Of a DNA stretch of 64,000 nucleotides, positions 50,608-60,414 are shown in pieces (position 1 is the first letter of the stretch; the number at the start of each line of letters is the position of its first letter). The stretch spans positions 1,472,001-1,536,000 of the forward strand of contig CBDFMQ010000002.1 of assembly GCA_965249725.1 (NCBI GenBank). The letters are read 5' to 3'. The position numbers and the translations under genes were made by a program. Source of the DNA: Longimicrobiales bacterium. GTDB taxonomy: Bacteria; Gemmatimonadota; Gemmatimonadetes; Longimicrobiales; Gaopeijiaceae. The notes below the pieces were generated by a model. That model searched no databases. It was not told the origin of the DNA and was given only the letters and a program-made list of their open reading frames with translations.

Positions 50608-50629
50608 TGGGATGCAAATGGGATGCAAA
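50608..50629. repeat. Direct repeat TGGGATGCAAA x2 (candidate integrase arm sites)
   Basis: Perfect 11-bp tandem about 130 bp inside the att fragment. Confidence 0.6.
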
Positions 50630-50701
50630 GCTGGCGCAAGGCCGCCCCCATGCGCTCAAGCTATGGGTGATGCTGAGGTTGGGCGATGGCCGGATGGGGC
50701 A

Positions 50702-50730
50702 TACGGCGAACCGCAGAATCGACTTGTTTG
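50702..50730 (-). repeat. Degenerate attC half-site
   Basis: TACGGCGAACCGCAGAATCGACTTGTTTG aligns with the attC end TACCGCGACCGCAGCAATCGCTTGTTAG, 11 nt past the stop of 50742..51467. Confidence 0.55.
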
Positions 50731-50741
50731 ACTCGTACCCG

Positions 50742-51467
50742 CTACTCGATCACCGTGCGAAGCTGGTCACGAACCGCTTCGAAGCTCACACGTAGCACAA
50801 CAAGTTGGTTTAGGGCGAACTTCGCGTAATAGCGGCGAGTCTCAACGAGATTGATGGCGTCGAGGTCGCGAGGAAGTGTCGCGTGGTCGACAGGGATCGC
50901 GACGGCCTCCTCGTTGAATACTGAGCCGCGCGACACCACAGTATTGATGCGCCATTCGAAGGTGTCATGGAGGTCGACGTAGCGAGCGAGGCCCGGTGTG
51001 AGCGCCTCCAGGACGAAGGACCGCGCGGCTTGTTCGTCCTCTTGGTAGTCCCCGAGCGCGGCTGGCCAGTCGGCCAAGCGACTCTGAAGAGCCTGGCTTC
51101 GTATCAAGTCGAGGCTGCCTGAAGCGATGAGGGCGTCGAGCGTGCCTCGCTGCGGGTCCGCAGTTGGCGTGAGGAATAGGGACGCTAGCGCCGAAATACT
51201 CACTGTCGCGTCGCTCGTTGCTGCACCACGAAGTTGCTCAAGGATGGCATCAGCCCCCGAGACTACCTCGGCGTGCCGCTGTTCGACTCGGTCCAGCTCA
51301 ACCTCGGCTCCGTTAAACTCGACGAGAAGCGCACGGAGCACTTCGTCTTCCTCTTTGGCTCGCTGCTGACCGCCCCACCAAGCCTCCAAGGCGAACGCCA
51401 TCAGAATGCTGACCACGATCACCACGCCTTCCACGAAGACGCGCAGCCAAGGGACCTGACGGTTCAA
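50742..51467 (-). CDS. Uncharacterised membrane-anchored helical protein (paralog A, DUF6090-like)
   Basis: WLRVFVEGVVIVVSILMAFALEAWW, LDALIASGSLDLIRSQALQSRLA. Confidence 0.8.
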   Translation of the reverse strand: MNRQVPWLRVFVEGVVIVVSILMAFALEAWWGGQQRAKEEDEVLRALLVEFNGAEVELDRVEQRHAEVVSGADAILEQLRGAATSDATVSISALASLFLTPTADPQRGTLDALIASGSLDLIRSQALQSRLADWPAALGDYQEDEQAARSFVLEALTPGLARYVDLHDTFEWRINTVVSRGSVFNEEAVAIPVDHATLPRDLDAINLVETRRYYAKFALNQLVVLRVSFEAVRDQLRTVIE

Positions 51468-54115
51468 TTCGGCACCAGGCGCTTCAACTCCTCGAAGAAG
51501 TTCACGATTATCTGGACAGGAATTATCGGGACACGGTCGACCTCGGTTTCCTCAGTGGTAGGCCCCATCACTGCCACGAACGATTCACCGTTCGGGTGAA
51601 TATCCCAGTCGTGTCTACCCAGAGCATCGGCCATCCACTCCGCCTCGAATAGTACGTTGAGCGAACCCACCGACAACGTCTTGTCGACAGTGACGGCTGC
51701 TCGGATGACCCGACTACCATCGCGGAAGTAGATCGCCGACCCGTCGGGTGCCCAAAGAGGTTGGGTGCCTCCGTCTGACGAGATGACCTGTTGCCCATCG
51801 GCCTCGGGGAACGAGCGGACGTATACCTCCGGGATGCCTGACTCGTCGGACACATAGGCCAGCCAACGTCCGTCCGGTGATAGTGTCCCCGACGTTTCGT
51901 TCCAGTTAGCCCTGAGGTAATCAGAGAAGACGGCGCTGCCGGCGTCCTGCGTCACGAGCATCATGTCGCGCCCTCTGTCGGGCGTTGTCACCTCCACAAG
52001 CAGTAATTTGCGGTCTAGGGAGAGTGCCAACGGGAAATCGTCACCGTCCCTTTCGTAAAGGACCTCCTCCTCCTCCGAGGCGTCCGCCAGTCTGCGTACT
52101 CCGTCATAATGGGTGACCCCAACATAGCCGGAATAGTAAACGTAGCGGCCATCTCGTGACCACCACGGCGACTGGTAGTTGTTCGCATTGGTGAGGAAAT
52201 CGATAGCACCCGTGACTCGGTCGTAGACCCCGATCTGGCGGCCGCTCTCGTAGGGGATGCGTCGGCCATCAGGTGGTGAGAAACGGGGATGGTTGAAGCT
52301 TCTAAGGAACGGGAGCGGAGACTCAGAACCATCGAAGGCTACGATCGCAAGAGCACGGTCTTGAGCACCCACCGCGGGAAGACCTACAACAGCGGTGCCA
52401 GTCTCGGAAACGCTGAACTGGGTTGCGCCCCCGTTGAAGACCAACACCTCAGGCAGCACGATTGAGGGCGCGCCCGTAACCCGGTGCGTCGCTAGGTCGA
52501 AGGGGACCGCCATCAACGACTGACTGCTGTGTCCATATACGACATGCCCGGTAGGGACGTACCTAGGGTTACTCCCAACGATCCCTAGGTCAGTTACCGC
52601 GCCGGACCCGATATCGACCAACATCAGGCGCCTGGTGTCGATATCGCCCGGTCCTTGGAAGAGAATGGCCCTTCCATCGGGTAGAAGGTACGGGCGAATG
52701 GCGCCCTGAGAGATGTCCTCACTCTCGAGCACGAGGGTAGGCTCACCGCCCGCGACTGCAATCCGATAGATGCCGTGGCCTCGCGAGAACACGAGCATGT
52801 CCTCGACGCCCCAATGCGGCTCTGTTCCCGTGGCCACAGACACCATCCGATCGCCAGACAACCCCACCCTTCTTATTTCCTCGGGTTCGACGACGAATGC
52901 CAACCATTCGCCATCTGGGGAAAACGTGGGCTGGGCGGCGCGTTCCGTGTTGGGGACTTCGGTAAATCCAACCTCGTTACCCAACCGCATAAACAGCCGA
53001 CTCATGCCGTCCTGGTGACTTGCCAACACGATTCGTGAGCCATCCGGGGAGATCGCTAGCCGCCGGTCGGAACCGACGTCAGCCGCGAGTCGAAACTCCG
53101 AGAGCGGGAAACGTAGTGTGGGGGCCGCGGTGTTCAGCGCAGGAATCGTAGGTGGCCTTAGCCAGCCCCAGGTTGCCGCGAGCGAAAGGAGGACGGTCAG
53201 GGTCGCCAAGCCGACCGCCAGCCGGTTCCAAGGTCCTGGGGCGGCACCCGCTACTCCGGCGACAGCCTCCCCATACCGGAAGTGCTCATCCCCGAGCGCC
53301 CTCGCGAACTCCTGCGCCGACGTGAACCGATCCGCCGGTAGCTTCTCCAGCGCCTTCCGGAGTGCCGCGTCCACATTCACCGGCACAGCCGCTCGCTCTT
53401 CACGGGCCGATACCGGCTTGCCCTGGATGATCTTTCCGAGGATCGCCTGTGCGTTACTCCCTGTGTATGGCGGCTCTCCGACCAGCATCTCGTATAGGAC
53501 CGACCCAAGTGCGTAGATGTCCGTTGATGGGCCTACGATCTGGTCTCCTGTGGCCTGTTCGGGACTCATATAGTGCGGTGTGCCGAGGCTCAGACCCGTC
53601 TCGGTCAGTCTCCCGCCACCCGCTGCGCTTACGGCGAGTGCGATCCCGAAGTCGGCTACGAGAGGACGACCCCGGCTGAGTAGGATGTTCGCGGGCTTGA
53701 TGTCCCGGTGGATGACGCCCTGTTCGTGGGCGGCTTGAAGGGCGTCGGCTATCTCCGTCGCGATCTTAACCGCCTCGTCCACGGGAAGCTGGCTTTCGCG
53801 CTCAAGGCGGTCGCCGAGGGTCTCTCCCTCGACATACGGCATGACGTAGTAGAGGAAGCCGTCAGCTTCACCGGAGTCATGGAGCGGGAGGATGTGGGGA
53901 TGCTGGAGATTCGCAGTCGTCTTGATTTCGGCCAGGAAGCGTTCGGCTCCGACTACCGCTGCCAGTTCCGGTTTCAAGACCTTCAGCGCGACCTTGCGTT
54001 CGTGCTTGAGGTCGTCAGCCAGGTAGACCGTGGCCATGCCGCCTTCGCCCAACTCACGCTCGATGGTGTAGCGGCCTTCAAGGGCAGCGTTCAGCCTGGC
54101 AACGGGATCGGACAT
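51464..54115 (-). CDS. Hanks-type Ser/Thr kinase with TM and TolB/PD40-like beta-propeller
   Basis: LGEGGMATVY, VALK, HRDIKPAN, DFGIA, GTPHYMSPEQ; TM; SPDG repeats. Confidence 0.93.
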   Translation of the reverse strand: MSDPVARLNAALEGRYTIERELGEGGMATVYLADDLKHERKVALKVLKPELAAVVGAERFLAEIKTTANLQHPHILPLHDSGEADGFLYYVMPYVEGETLGDRLERESQLPVDEAVKIATEIADALQAAHEQGVIHRDIKPANILLSRGRPLVADFGIALAVSAAGGGRLTETGLSLGTPHYMSPEQATGDQIVGPSTDIYALGSVLYEMLVGEPPYTGSNAQAILGKIIQGKPVSAREERAAVPVNVDAALRKALEKLPADRFTSAQEFARALGDEHFRYGEAVAGVAGAAPGPWNRLAVGLATLTVLLSLAATWGWLRPPTIPALNTAAPTLRFPLSEFRLAADVGSDRRLAISPDGSRIVLASHQDGMSRLFMRLGNEVGFTEVPNTERAAQPTFSPDGEWLAFVVEPEEIRRVGLSGDRMVSVATGTEPHWGVEDMLVFSRGHGIYRIAVAGGEPTLVLESEDISQGAIRPYLLPDGRAILFQGPGDIDTRRLMLVDIGSGAVTDLGIVGSNPRYVPTGHVVYGHSSQSLMAVPFDLATHRVTGAPSIVLPEVLVFNGGATQFSVSETGTAVVGLPAVGAQDRALAIVAFDGSESPLPFLRSFNHPRFSPPDGRRIPYESGRQIGVYDRVTGAIDFLTNANNYQSPWWSRDGRYVYYSGYVGVTHYDGVRRLADASEEEEVLYERDGDDFPLALSLDRKLLLVEVTTPDRGRDMMLVTQDAGSAVFSDYLRANWNETSGTLSPDGRWLAYVSDESGIPEVYVRSFPEADGQQVISSDGGTQPLWAPDGSAIYFRDGSRVIRAAVTVDKTLSVGSLNVLFEAEWMADALGRHDWDIHPNGESFVAVMGPTTEETEVDRVPIIPVQIIVNFFEELKRLVPN

Positions 54116-56740
54116 CAGTTCCCAACCCGCTCCTTCAACTCCTCGAAGAAGTTGAGGACGAGGATGAGTTGTTGCTTTTCGGCGGACCTCACCGCAAGGG
54201 TTGGTTGAACGACGATGATCCTGTCGCCGTCGGGATGGAGGTCCCAGTGCTCGGGACTGAAGTCTCCGGCAAGAACCACCTCACGGGATCGCACAGTGAA
54301 CGTAGGTTCAGCATCTACCCGTGCGGCGTACAGCGTGTCGATCTGTTCGTCCTCATGCCGCCAGTAGTAGAGGGTGGTGCCGTCAGGCGACCAGCGCGGG
54401 AACTCGCCGCCGCCCTGGGAGACCAACACCGGCTGCCGGGGGTCTGGGAAGCTGCGTACGTAGACTTCGTCGGTACCGGTCTCGTCGGACTGGTACGCAG
54501 CCCAGCCACCAGCAGGTGAGACAACGACATCGTCGAGATCCGCGTCCGACTCCAGATACGCCGTCGGATTCTCACCACCCGATGGAGCGAACGTCCCTAG
54601 GGTCGATGGGTTCGGGCTACTCTCGAACACCGCGAGGTCATCCTCGGGCCAGCTTCGGATTAACTGGATGCCGGGGAGGGTCAGAATCTCCTCTTCGGGT
54701 GCGTCGTCGTTGACGGTCCGCACGAAGAGATCCCACTCGTCGGTTCCCTCCCGCAGGGAAGTGAACGCGATACGACTCCCATCCGGTGACCATACGGGGA
54801 ACCGATTGTCACCCTCGAACGTGAGTTGCCTTGGTGTGGTCTGCGATTCCACATCGTAGGCGTAGATCTGGCGGTCTCCCGGACGACCACTGTGGTAAGC
54901 TATAGAGCTGCCATTCGGCGACCATCGTGGACCGCCGAACACCTGTGGGGTGAGCGCCAGGACGAGAGCCTCCTCGTTGCCCTCTAGATCGACGACAACG
55001 AGCTTGTGCGTCCCAGCCATCGGAGTTAGACCCTACCACGTAGAGGAGCGTCCCGTCGGCTGCTAGCCGCATGTCCGCCCTGTTCGTGGTAACACGCACC
55101 CCGTCGAAGAGTGGAATCGCCCCACCCGTGATCGCGAGCCCACTGAGATCGAAGGGCAAGGCGAAGAGTGCCCCGTCGGTTCGGAGGTAGACCAGGTGGC
55201 CCGTGGTCGTGTACCAAGCTCTGATGACTTGCTCCAGGATGACTTCCGACGACAGAGCCCGCAGGTCCACGACGTGAAGCTCGTTGTTGGTGGGGACCAC
55301 AAACGCACCCCGAGCCTTGGGAAGGCCGTGCACCCAATAAAGCCCAGGACCTGGCCCAAAGACCACGAGCGGTTCCCCACCGTCTTCAGGAATTCGCACG
55401 ACCCTCCCACCGGTTGTCTCGTAGAGGATCGTCCCATCATCGAGCCAAGCCAGTCCAACCCGATTAGAGCCCCCCTCGGTGTCCTCGGCCAGCCTCAACG
55501 CAGACCCCCCCACGAGGGGCCGCTTGTAGAGGTCCGTTCCTATGGCATACGCGATCCATTGGCCGCTGGGGGAGTACACAACGTCCCGACCCCGTTCGGT
55601 TCCAGGAATCGGAGTAATCTCGGTCGAGCCCCGCATCTTGAGCGCCAATTGATCGCCGACTGGGAGGATCATACTCGATCCATCGGGGGCAACCGCCGCG
55701 TAACGTCCGAACTCTGTCCCCAGACCGGCCCAGCCTTCCGTGCTCAGAACCTGGCGCATTGCGGGCTGAGGTGGCGCGGGGCGGAGGAGCGACCAGCCGA
55801 AACCGGACGCGAACACGAGCGCCAGTGCACCCAATCCCATCGACAGCGGGTTCCAAAGCCCCCGGCCAACCGTCACGCCCCCCGCAGCTTCGTCCCCGTG
55901 CCGGAACCCCTGATCAGCCAGCGCCTTCGCAAACTCCTGAGCCCCCGTGAACCGATCCGCAGGCAGTTTCTCTAGCGCCTTCCGAATCGCGGCGTCCACG
56001 TTGGCTGGAACCGACTTTCTGATCGCCGTTGCCGACACCGGCAGGCCCTGAATGATCTTGCCCAACACGGCCTGAGCGGTATTGCCGGGATAGGGGGGCT
56101 CGCCCACCAGCATCTCATAGAGAACACACGCCGGAGCGAACGTGTCACTCGCGGGTCCAACCGCTTGGTCCCCGGTCGCCTGTTCGGGGGACATATAGAA
56201 AGGAGTACCCAGCGAGAGCCCGGTCTCGGTGAGGCGACCGCCTCCACCGACGCTGACCGCCAGCGCGATTCCGAAGTCGGCAACGAGCGGTTCTCCACGG
56301 CTCAGAAGGATGTTGGCGGGCTTGATGTCGCGGTGGACCACACCATGCTCGTGAGCCGTCTGAAGAGCGTTCGCCACGGCAGTGGCAATGCCGAGCGCCT
56401 CATCGACGGGTAGCTGTCTCTCACGGTCGATCCGCTCCCCTAGCGTCTCACCCTCGATGTAGGGCATGACGTAGTAGAGGAAGCCGTCTGCTTCCCCCGA
56501 GTCATGGAGCGGCAGGATGTGGGGGTGCTGAAGATTGGCGGTGGTCTTGATTTCGGCCAGGAAGCGTTCGGCTCCGACGACCGCAGCCAACTCGGGCTTC
56601 AAGACCTTGAGGGCGACTTTACGCTCGTGCTTCAGGTCGTCAGCGAGGTACACCGTCGCCATGCCCCCCTCGCCCAACTCTCGCTCAATGGTGTAGCGGC
56701 CTTGGAGGGCTGCGTTCAGGCGGGAGACGGGATCAGACAT
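54115..56740 (-). pseudogene. Second Ser/Thr kinase-beta-propeller gene, frameshifted near 55,020
   Basis: Kinase ORF (from ATG 56740) loses homology after DGTLLYVVGS; the propeller continues in ORF 54115..55020, ending VLNFFEELKERVGN like the paralog's IVNFFEELKRLVPN. Confidence 0.85.
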
Positions 56741-56753
56741 GATGATTGGCGAC

Positions 56754-57215
56754 TCAGTCTTCTTCTTCGGAGCCATCCCCTCGATACGACTTCAGGTTGC
56801 CCCCAGCGTCAGCGATCCAGCCCCATCGACCTCCGTCATTCAGGAGCACATCCGTCCATCGCGACCACACTAACGTCGCTCCACCGTCAGCCAGCGGGAC
56901 CGCGTTTTGCAGCATCAGGTGGACCACTGCTACGTCGCCGATGACGATGATTGCGAGAGGTCGCGCCGTGATCAAAGTGGCGTTGCTCCAATAAGGATTA
57001 GAAGCCCTCATCGCATCGAGATCCACAGGCAGGGGATCAGCCGCATTCCAGCCTACATACGCCTCGTGGAAGCACTGTGCCACTCGATCTGCCGGACTCA
57101 TTGCAGAACACTCCAACTCGAACTCCCAGACCTCCATTTGCTCGGCGTTCCAGTCTTGAGCAGACGCTGGTGCAGTGATAACGGTGGCCGCGGCGATGAG
57201 TATCAGAGTGCGCAT
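56754..57215 (-). CDS. Secreted NTF2/DUF4440-like protein
   Basis: Signal peptide (ASAQ), CFHEAYVGW, GDVAVVH, RWTDVL..GGRW. Confidence 0.7.
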   Translation of the reverse strand: MRTLILIAAATVITAPASAQDWNAEQMEVWEFELECSAMSPADRVAQCFHEAYVGWNAADPLPVDLDAMRASNPYWSNATLITARPLAIIVIGDVAVVHLMLQNAVPLADGGATLVWSRWTDVLLNDGGRWGWIADAGGNLKSYRGDGSEEED

Positions 57216-57601
57216 GATCGTTCCTCTGGGAAGTGAGGCAACTTGCTGCTGGTCTGGATGTCCTCCATCAGCGGAGGATCAAACCGTGACCAACATCCTA
57301 TCCGCAGGTCGGGAAGCGCAAGCAGAACCGTGTCCAGGGGCTGTTAACGGCGTTCTGCATGTATGCCGATTTTGCCTTTGGCATCCGGGCCAGGGTCCGG
57401 GTGTTCTGGTGGCCTAGGGGGGCGTTAACGGGGCACGGTTGCACAGACCAAACGGTGGGCGGTTCGTGGTGGCACGGTGCCGGAGCCTTGGGCCAGTGGT
57501 CGGTTCATGCCTGACTGCGCTCAGGCTCATGTGCACTCAAGGGGCAGGCGACGAGCAACGTAGCGCAGAGCACTACGATCATTCTCGCACTCACGTATTC
57601 C

Positions 57602-57979
57602 TTAGCGCCGGAACACGTAGGCCACGCCCTCGCGGATGACGGTCAGCACGTTTCCTGTGAGGGACGCGCTTTCTTGAGAGCCGTCTGAGGAGTTGAAGAC
57701 GATGGCCGAGGCGTTCTGCACGAACGCGCCCGTGTCGGTCTCTGTTTCAGTCGTGACTGCGCCGTTTTCCGTAACGCGGAAAGTAAACGACCTTGAGAAT
57801 GTCCGGTCGCTGTTCAGGCGGATGGAGCCGGAGAGGAACTCCAAGGTGGTCCCAGGAATCGCGAACAGCGTCCACGGGAGGGTCTCCCCGGCGATGCTCT
57901 GCAACGTGTACGTTCCGGCGATGGTCTCGGGTGCGAACGGGTCGCCCCCACTTCCGTCGTCGCCGCCACACGCAGCCAA
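57602..57979 (-). CDS. Lipocalin-like lipoprotein, signal peptide apparently lost
   Basis: LAAC-GG lipobox, IAGTYTLQSI, beta-rich body; in-frame TAA 14 codons upstream and no hydrophobic leader. Confidence 0.55.
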   Translation of the reverse strand: MAACGGDDGSGGDPFAPETIAGTYTLQSIAGETLPWTLFAIPGTTLEFLSGSIRLNSDRTFSRSFTFRVTENGAVTTETETDTGAFVQNASAIVFNSSDGSQESASLTGNVLTVIREGVAYVFRR

Positions 57980-58086
57980 GACCGTAGGGGCGTGTATTCG
58001 CGTTCTGAGCGTCTTCGGTGTTTATTCGGCATCCCGGGTAAGGTAGAAGGCTCTCGTGGCTTAGAACGCTGTTTACCGATCCGCCA

Positions 58087-58101
58087 CAGCAATCGCTTGT
58101 T
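58087..58101 (-). repeat. Truncated attC remnant
   Basis: CAGCAATCGCTTGTT, identical to the attC end, just after the stop of 58111..58683. Confidence 0.7.
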
Positions 58102-58110
58102 GCGTGCGGT

Positions 58111-58683
58111 TCAGCCCCCATACGCGGACGTCGAGCTCAGAACGAGCATGTAGACCAGGATCGGTGTGAAAAGAAGTGTGATGCCGATCTGAATCCGTCG
58201 GTCGCGAGCCACGATCATCCCAAGCATTAAGGCGATCTCGACGTAGATGACGAGACTCATCCGAGCCCACAGTGAGGCTCCAAACCACACGACATTCCCA
58301 ACCGTCCCCAAGACGTGGTAGGCGATGATCGCCGCGAGCGCCCATCGACCGTTTTCTCTGAAGTACATGCGAAGATCGACACCCGAGACTGGCACCTCCT
58401 CGGGCAGGATCAGGTTCGCAGCTACATAGAGGCAAGCGGGCAGGGCGAGCAGGAGGGAGAAGTCGAGAATTGTCCACTCTGGCACCAGACGGTCCAGCTC
58501 GAAAATGCCCCACCAGTACTGCATCTGGAGGAGCAGTAGGAAGACCGCCCAGATCAGCGGGAGCCAGTCCCAGTCAACCAAACGTCGATCACGGAACAGC
58601 CTAACAAACGCTTGGAGAACCTGCGCAAGCGCCAAACCAAGGACCAGCGAGGCGGCGACGGAAATGAACTCGAATGGCGACAT
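58111..58683 (-). CDS. Cassette 5: multi-TM hypothetical membrane protein
   Basis: MSPFEFISVAASLVLGLALAQVL, W.PLIWA, QYWW; lies between attC sites. Confidence 0.8.
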   Translation of the reverse strand: MSPFEFISVAASLVLGLALAQVLQAFVRLFRDRRLVDWDWLPLIWAVFLLLLQMQYWWGIFELDRLVPEWTILDFSLLLALPACLYVAANLILPEEVPVSGVDLRMYFRENGRWALAAIIAYHVLGTVGNVVWFGASLWARMSLVIYVEIALMLGMIVARDRRIQIGITLLFTPILVYMLVLSSTSAYGG

Positions 58684-58705
58684 GGTACCGATCTGCACAC
58701 GCGCG

Positions 58706-58805
58706 TTCTAACGGATTGCGATTCTGCTGCGCGACTAAGATGTGGATCTGAAGCGATGCACGCGAGCTAGATGTCTACCGCGACTGCAGCCATCGCTTGT
58801 TAGAA
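58706..58805 (-). repeat. Integron attC site
   Basis: 100 bp, TTCTAAC...GTTAGAA, inner imperfect palindrome GCGATTCTGC / GCAGCCATCGC. Confidence 0.9.
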
Positions 58806-58824
58806 CGCGCACCCAGAGAGATTG

Positions 58825-59481
58825 CTAGTGCCGGAGTTCGTTCAACACGCCTGCTAGGCGATCGAGCCAGGCGCCAAGAATACCGACCGTGCCGTTGTTG
58901 TTGATGATGCACCCCGCTGTCACCAATCCGGCGATGTTCGGGATCTCCCGAAGGCGTTCGCCGAACTCCTCCGCGGGGAAGAGGAGTATGGCGTCACTCT
59001 GGTTCACCGCCCCAGCCAACGGTTGTCGATTCAAGTAGCGCGCGTCCTGTAGTCTTGCGAGCGTGGCGTCGACATAGCCGCGATAGTCGAAGAGTAACTG
59101 TCGGACTGTTGGGGATAAGAGATCCAGGGCACCTGTGTTCAGGATTTCCTGGAAAGTGGCGCCCCCGGCATGGGGTAGTGGTGCGTGTCGGATGCATTGC
59201 TCGTAAAGCTCACCCATCGGCGCCGCGCTACCCGTTTGGAGCGAAGCAAGGAGAGCCTTTCCGGCTTCCCTCGCCTCAAACGCGGTGCGCTGCTCTGAGT
59301 CCAGTCGAACGGAATCGGCGACGAACTCCCCGATTAGGCGGTTACGGTAGTCAGCCCCTTCGGCGCGGTCCAGACGAGCCTGATTCCAGCGGTCGGCGGC
59401 CAACGCCGCAAGCACTCCGACCAAGATCACAGCGAACTCCCCGGCGAGTCGGCCGATTCTTTCTGATCTGGAACTCGTCAT
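58825..59481 (-). CDS. Cassette 4: uncharacterised membrane-anchored protein (paralog B)
   Basis: RLAGEFAVILVGVLAALAADRW, TFQEILNTGALDLL. Confidence 0.8.
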   Translation of the reverse strand: MTSSRSERIGRLAGEFAVILVGVLAALAADRWNQARLDRAEGADYRNRLIGEFVADSVRLDSEQRTAFEAREAGKALLASLQTGSAAPMGELYEQCIRHAPLPHAGGATFQEILNTGALDLLSPTVRQLLFDYRGYVDATLARLQDARYLNRQPLAGAVNQSDAILLFPAEEFGERLREIPNIAGLVTAGCIINNNGTVGILGAWLDRLAGVLNELRH

Positions 59482-59533
59482 GGTTGTAGAACCCCTACAC
59501 GGATCGTTCAGCGGACCGGCTGAGGATTGCGCG

Positions 59534-59633
59534 TTCTAACGGATTGCGATTCTGCTGCGCGACCAAGATGCCGACCGCAAGCGAAGCGCGCGAGCTAGAT
59601 GCCTACCGCGACTGCAGCAATCGCTTGTTATGT
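59534..59633 (-). repeat. Integron attC site
   Basis: 100 bp, TTCTAAC...GTTATGT, same core as the other copies. Confidence 0.92.
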
Positions 59634-59643
59634 AGCCCATGAT

Positions 59644-60033
59644 TTATCGAATTGGACGAACATGCCGTTCGATCCATTCCTGGAACTCCTCCCGGGTTCT
59701 CTGGCCTGCGGCCACCGCGAGAATCTCTGCTTCGGCTTCGTCGACTTCCGCGGTGATTTCGAAGCCATTCAGCATGAGAACTGCCTCCGCTGCAGCGTGG
59801 CCAATTCTCTTGTTCCCGTCGATGAAGGGGTGATTCATGATCAGGGAGAAGCCCAAAGCGGCTGCCTTGGAAGAAAGGCTCGGGTACAGATCTTCGCCGC
59901 CGAACGTCTGCCGGGATTGGCCAAGTGCGGACTCCAGCATACCGAGATCCCGCAAGCCGTCAGAGCCCCCAGATTCTGCGATGATGAGACCGTGAAGCTT
60001 GAGGACCTCAGCCAAACTGAGGTAGCGCGTCAC
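59644..60033 (-). CDS. doc: Cassette 3: Doc/Fic family toxin
   Basis: GLRDLGMLESAL, KAAALGFSLIMNHPFIDGNKRIG. Confidence 0.92.
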   Translation of the reverse strand: MTRYLSLAEVLKLHGLIIAESGGSDGLRDLGMLESALGQSRQTFGGEDLYPSLSSKAAALGFSLIMNHPFIDGNKRIGHAAAEAVLMLNGFEITAEVDEAEAEILAVAAGQRTREEFQEWIERHVRPIR

Positions 60034-60224
60034 CCGAGGCGCTCGTAGAGCTCCCGGTTCTTCTCCAGAATCTTGGACGCCACACGGTCGAAGTCCGCCT
60101 CCGGCTGGGCGACAAGTTCGCGGACAGCCGCCTCGGCTAGAGACTCGGCCGGAACGTTGAGTCGTCCCGCGATCTCAGCGAGTCGCCGCTGCTGGGCTTC
60201 GGAAAGTTCTATGGCGAGTTTCAT
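60030..60224 (-). CDS. Cassette 3: antitoxin (RHH-like)
   Basis: 64 aa MKLAIELSE...ILEKNRELYERLG; GGAGG RBS; GTGA overlap with the toxin. Confidence 0.85.
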   Translation of the reverse strand: MKLAIELSEAQQRRLAEIAGRLNVPAESLAEAAVRELVAQPEADFDRVASKILEKNRELYERLG

Positions 60225-60282
60225 GATTCCTCCCTTCCCCACAAAGCTACCCAGGTTCGACAGGTACGACCAATGGAGGGCT

Positions 60283-60382
60283 ACATAACGGATTGCGATT
60301 CTGCTGCGCGACCAAGATGTGGACCGCAAGCGAAGCGCGCGAGCCGAATGTCTACCGCGACTGCAGCAATCGCTTGTTAGGC
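60283..60382 (-). repeat. Integron attC site
   Basis: 100 bp, ACATAAC...GTTAGGC. Confidence 0.92.
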
Positions 60383-60414
60383 TGCTGGCCCAGGTGTTTG
60401 GGGCTAGTCAAAGC

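Noticed and set aside
53440..56740. Long DNA direct repeat as a mobile-element boundary
   Set aside because: Explained by the two paralogous kinase domains.
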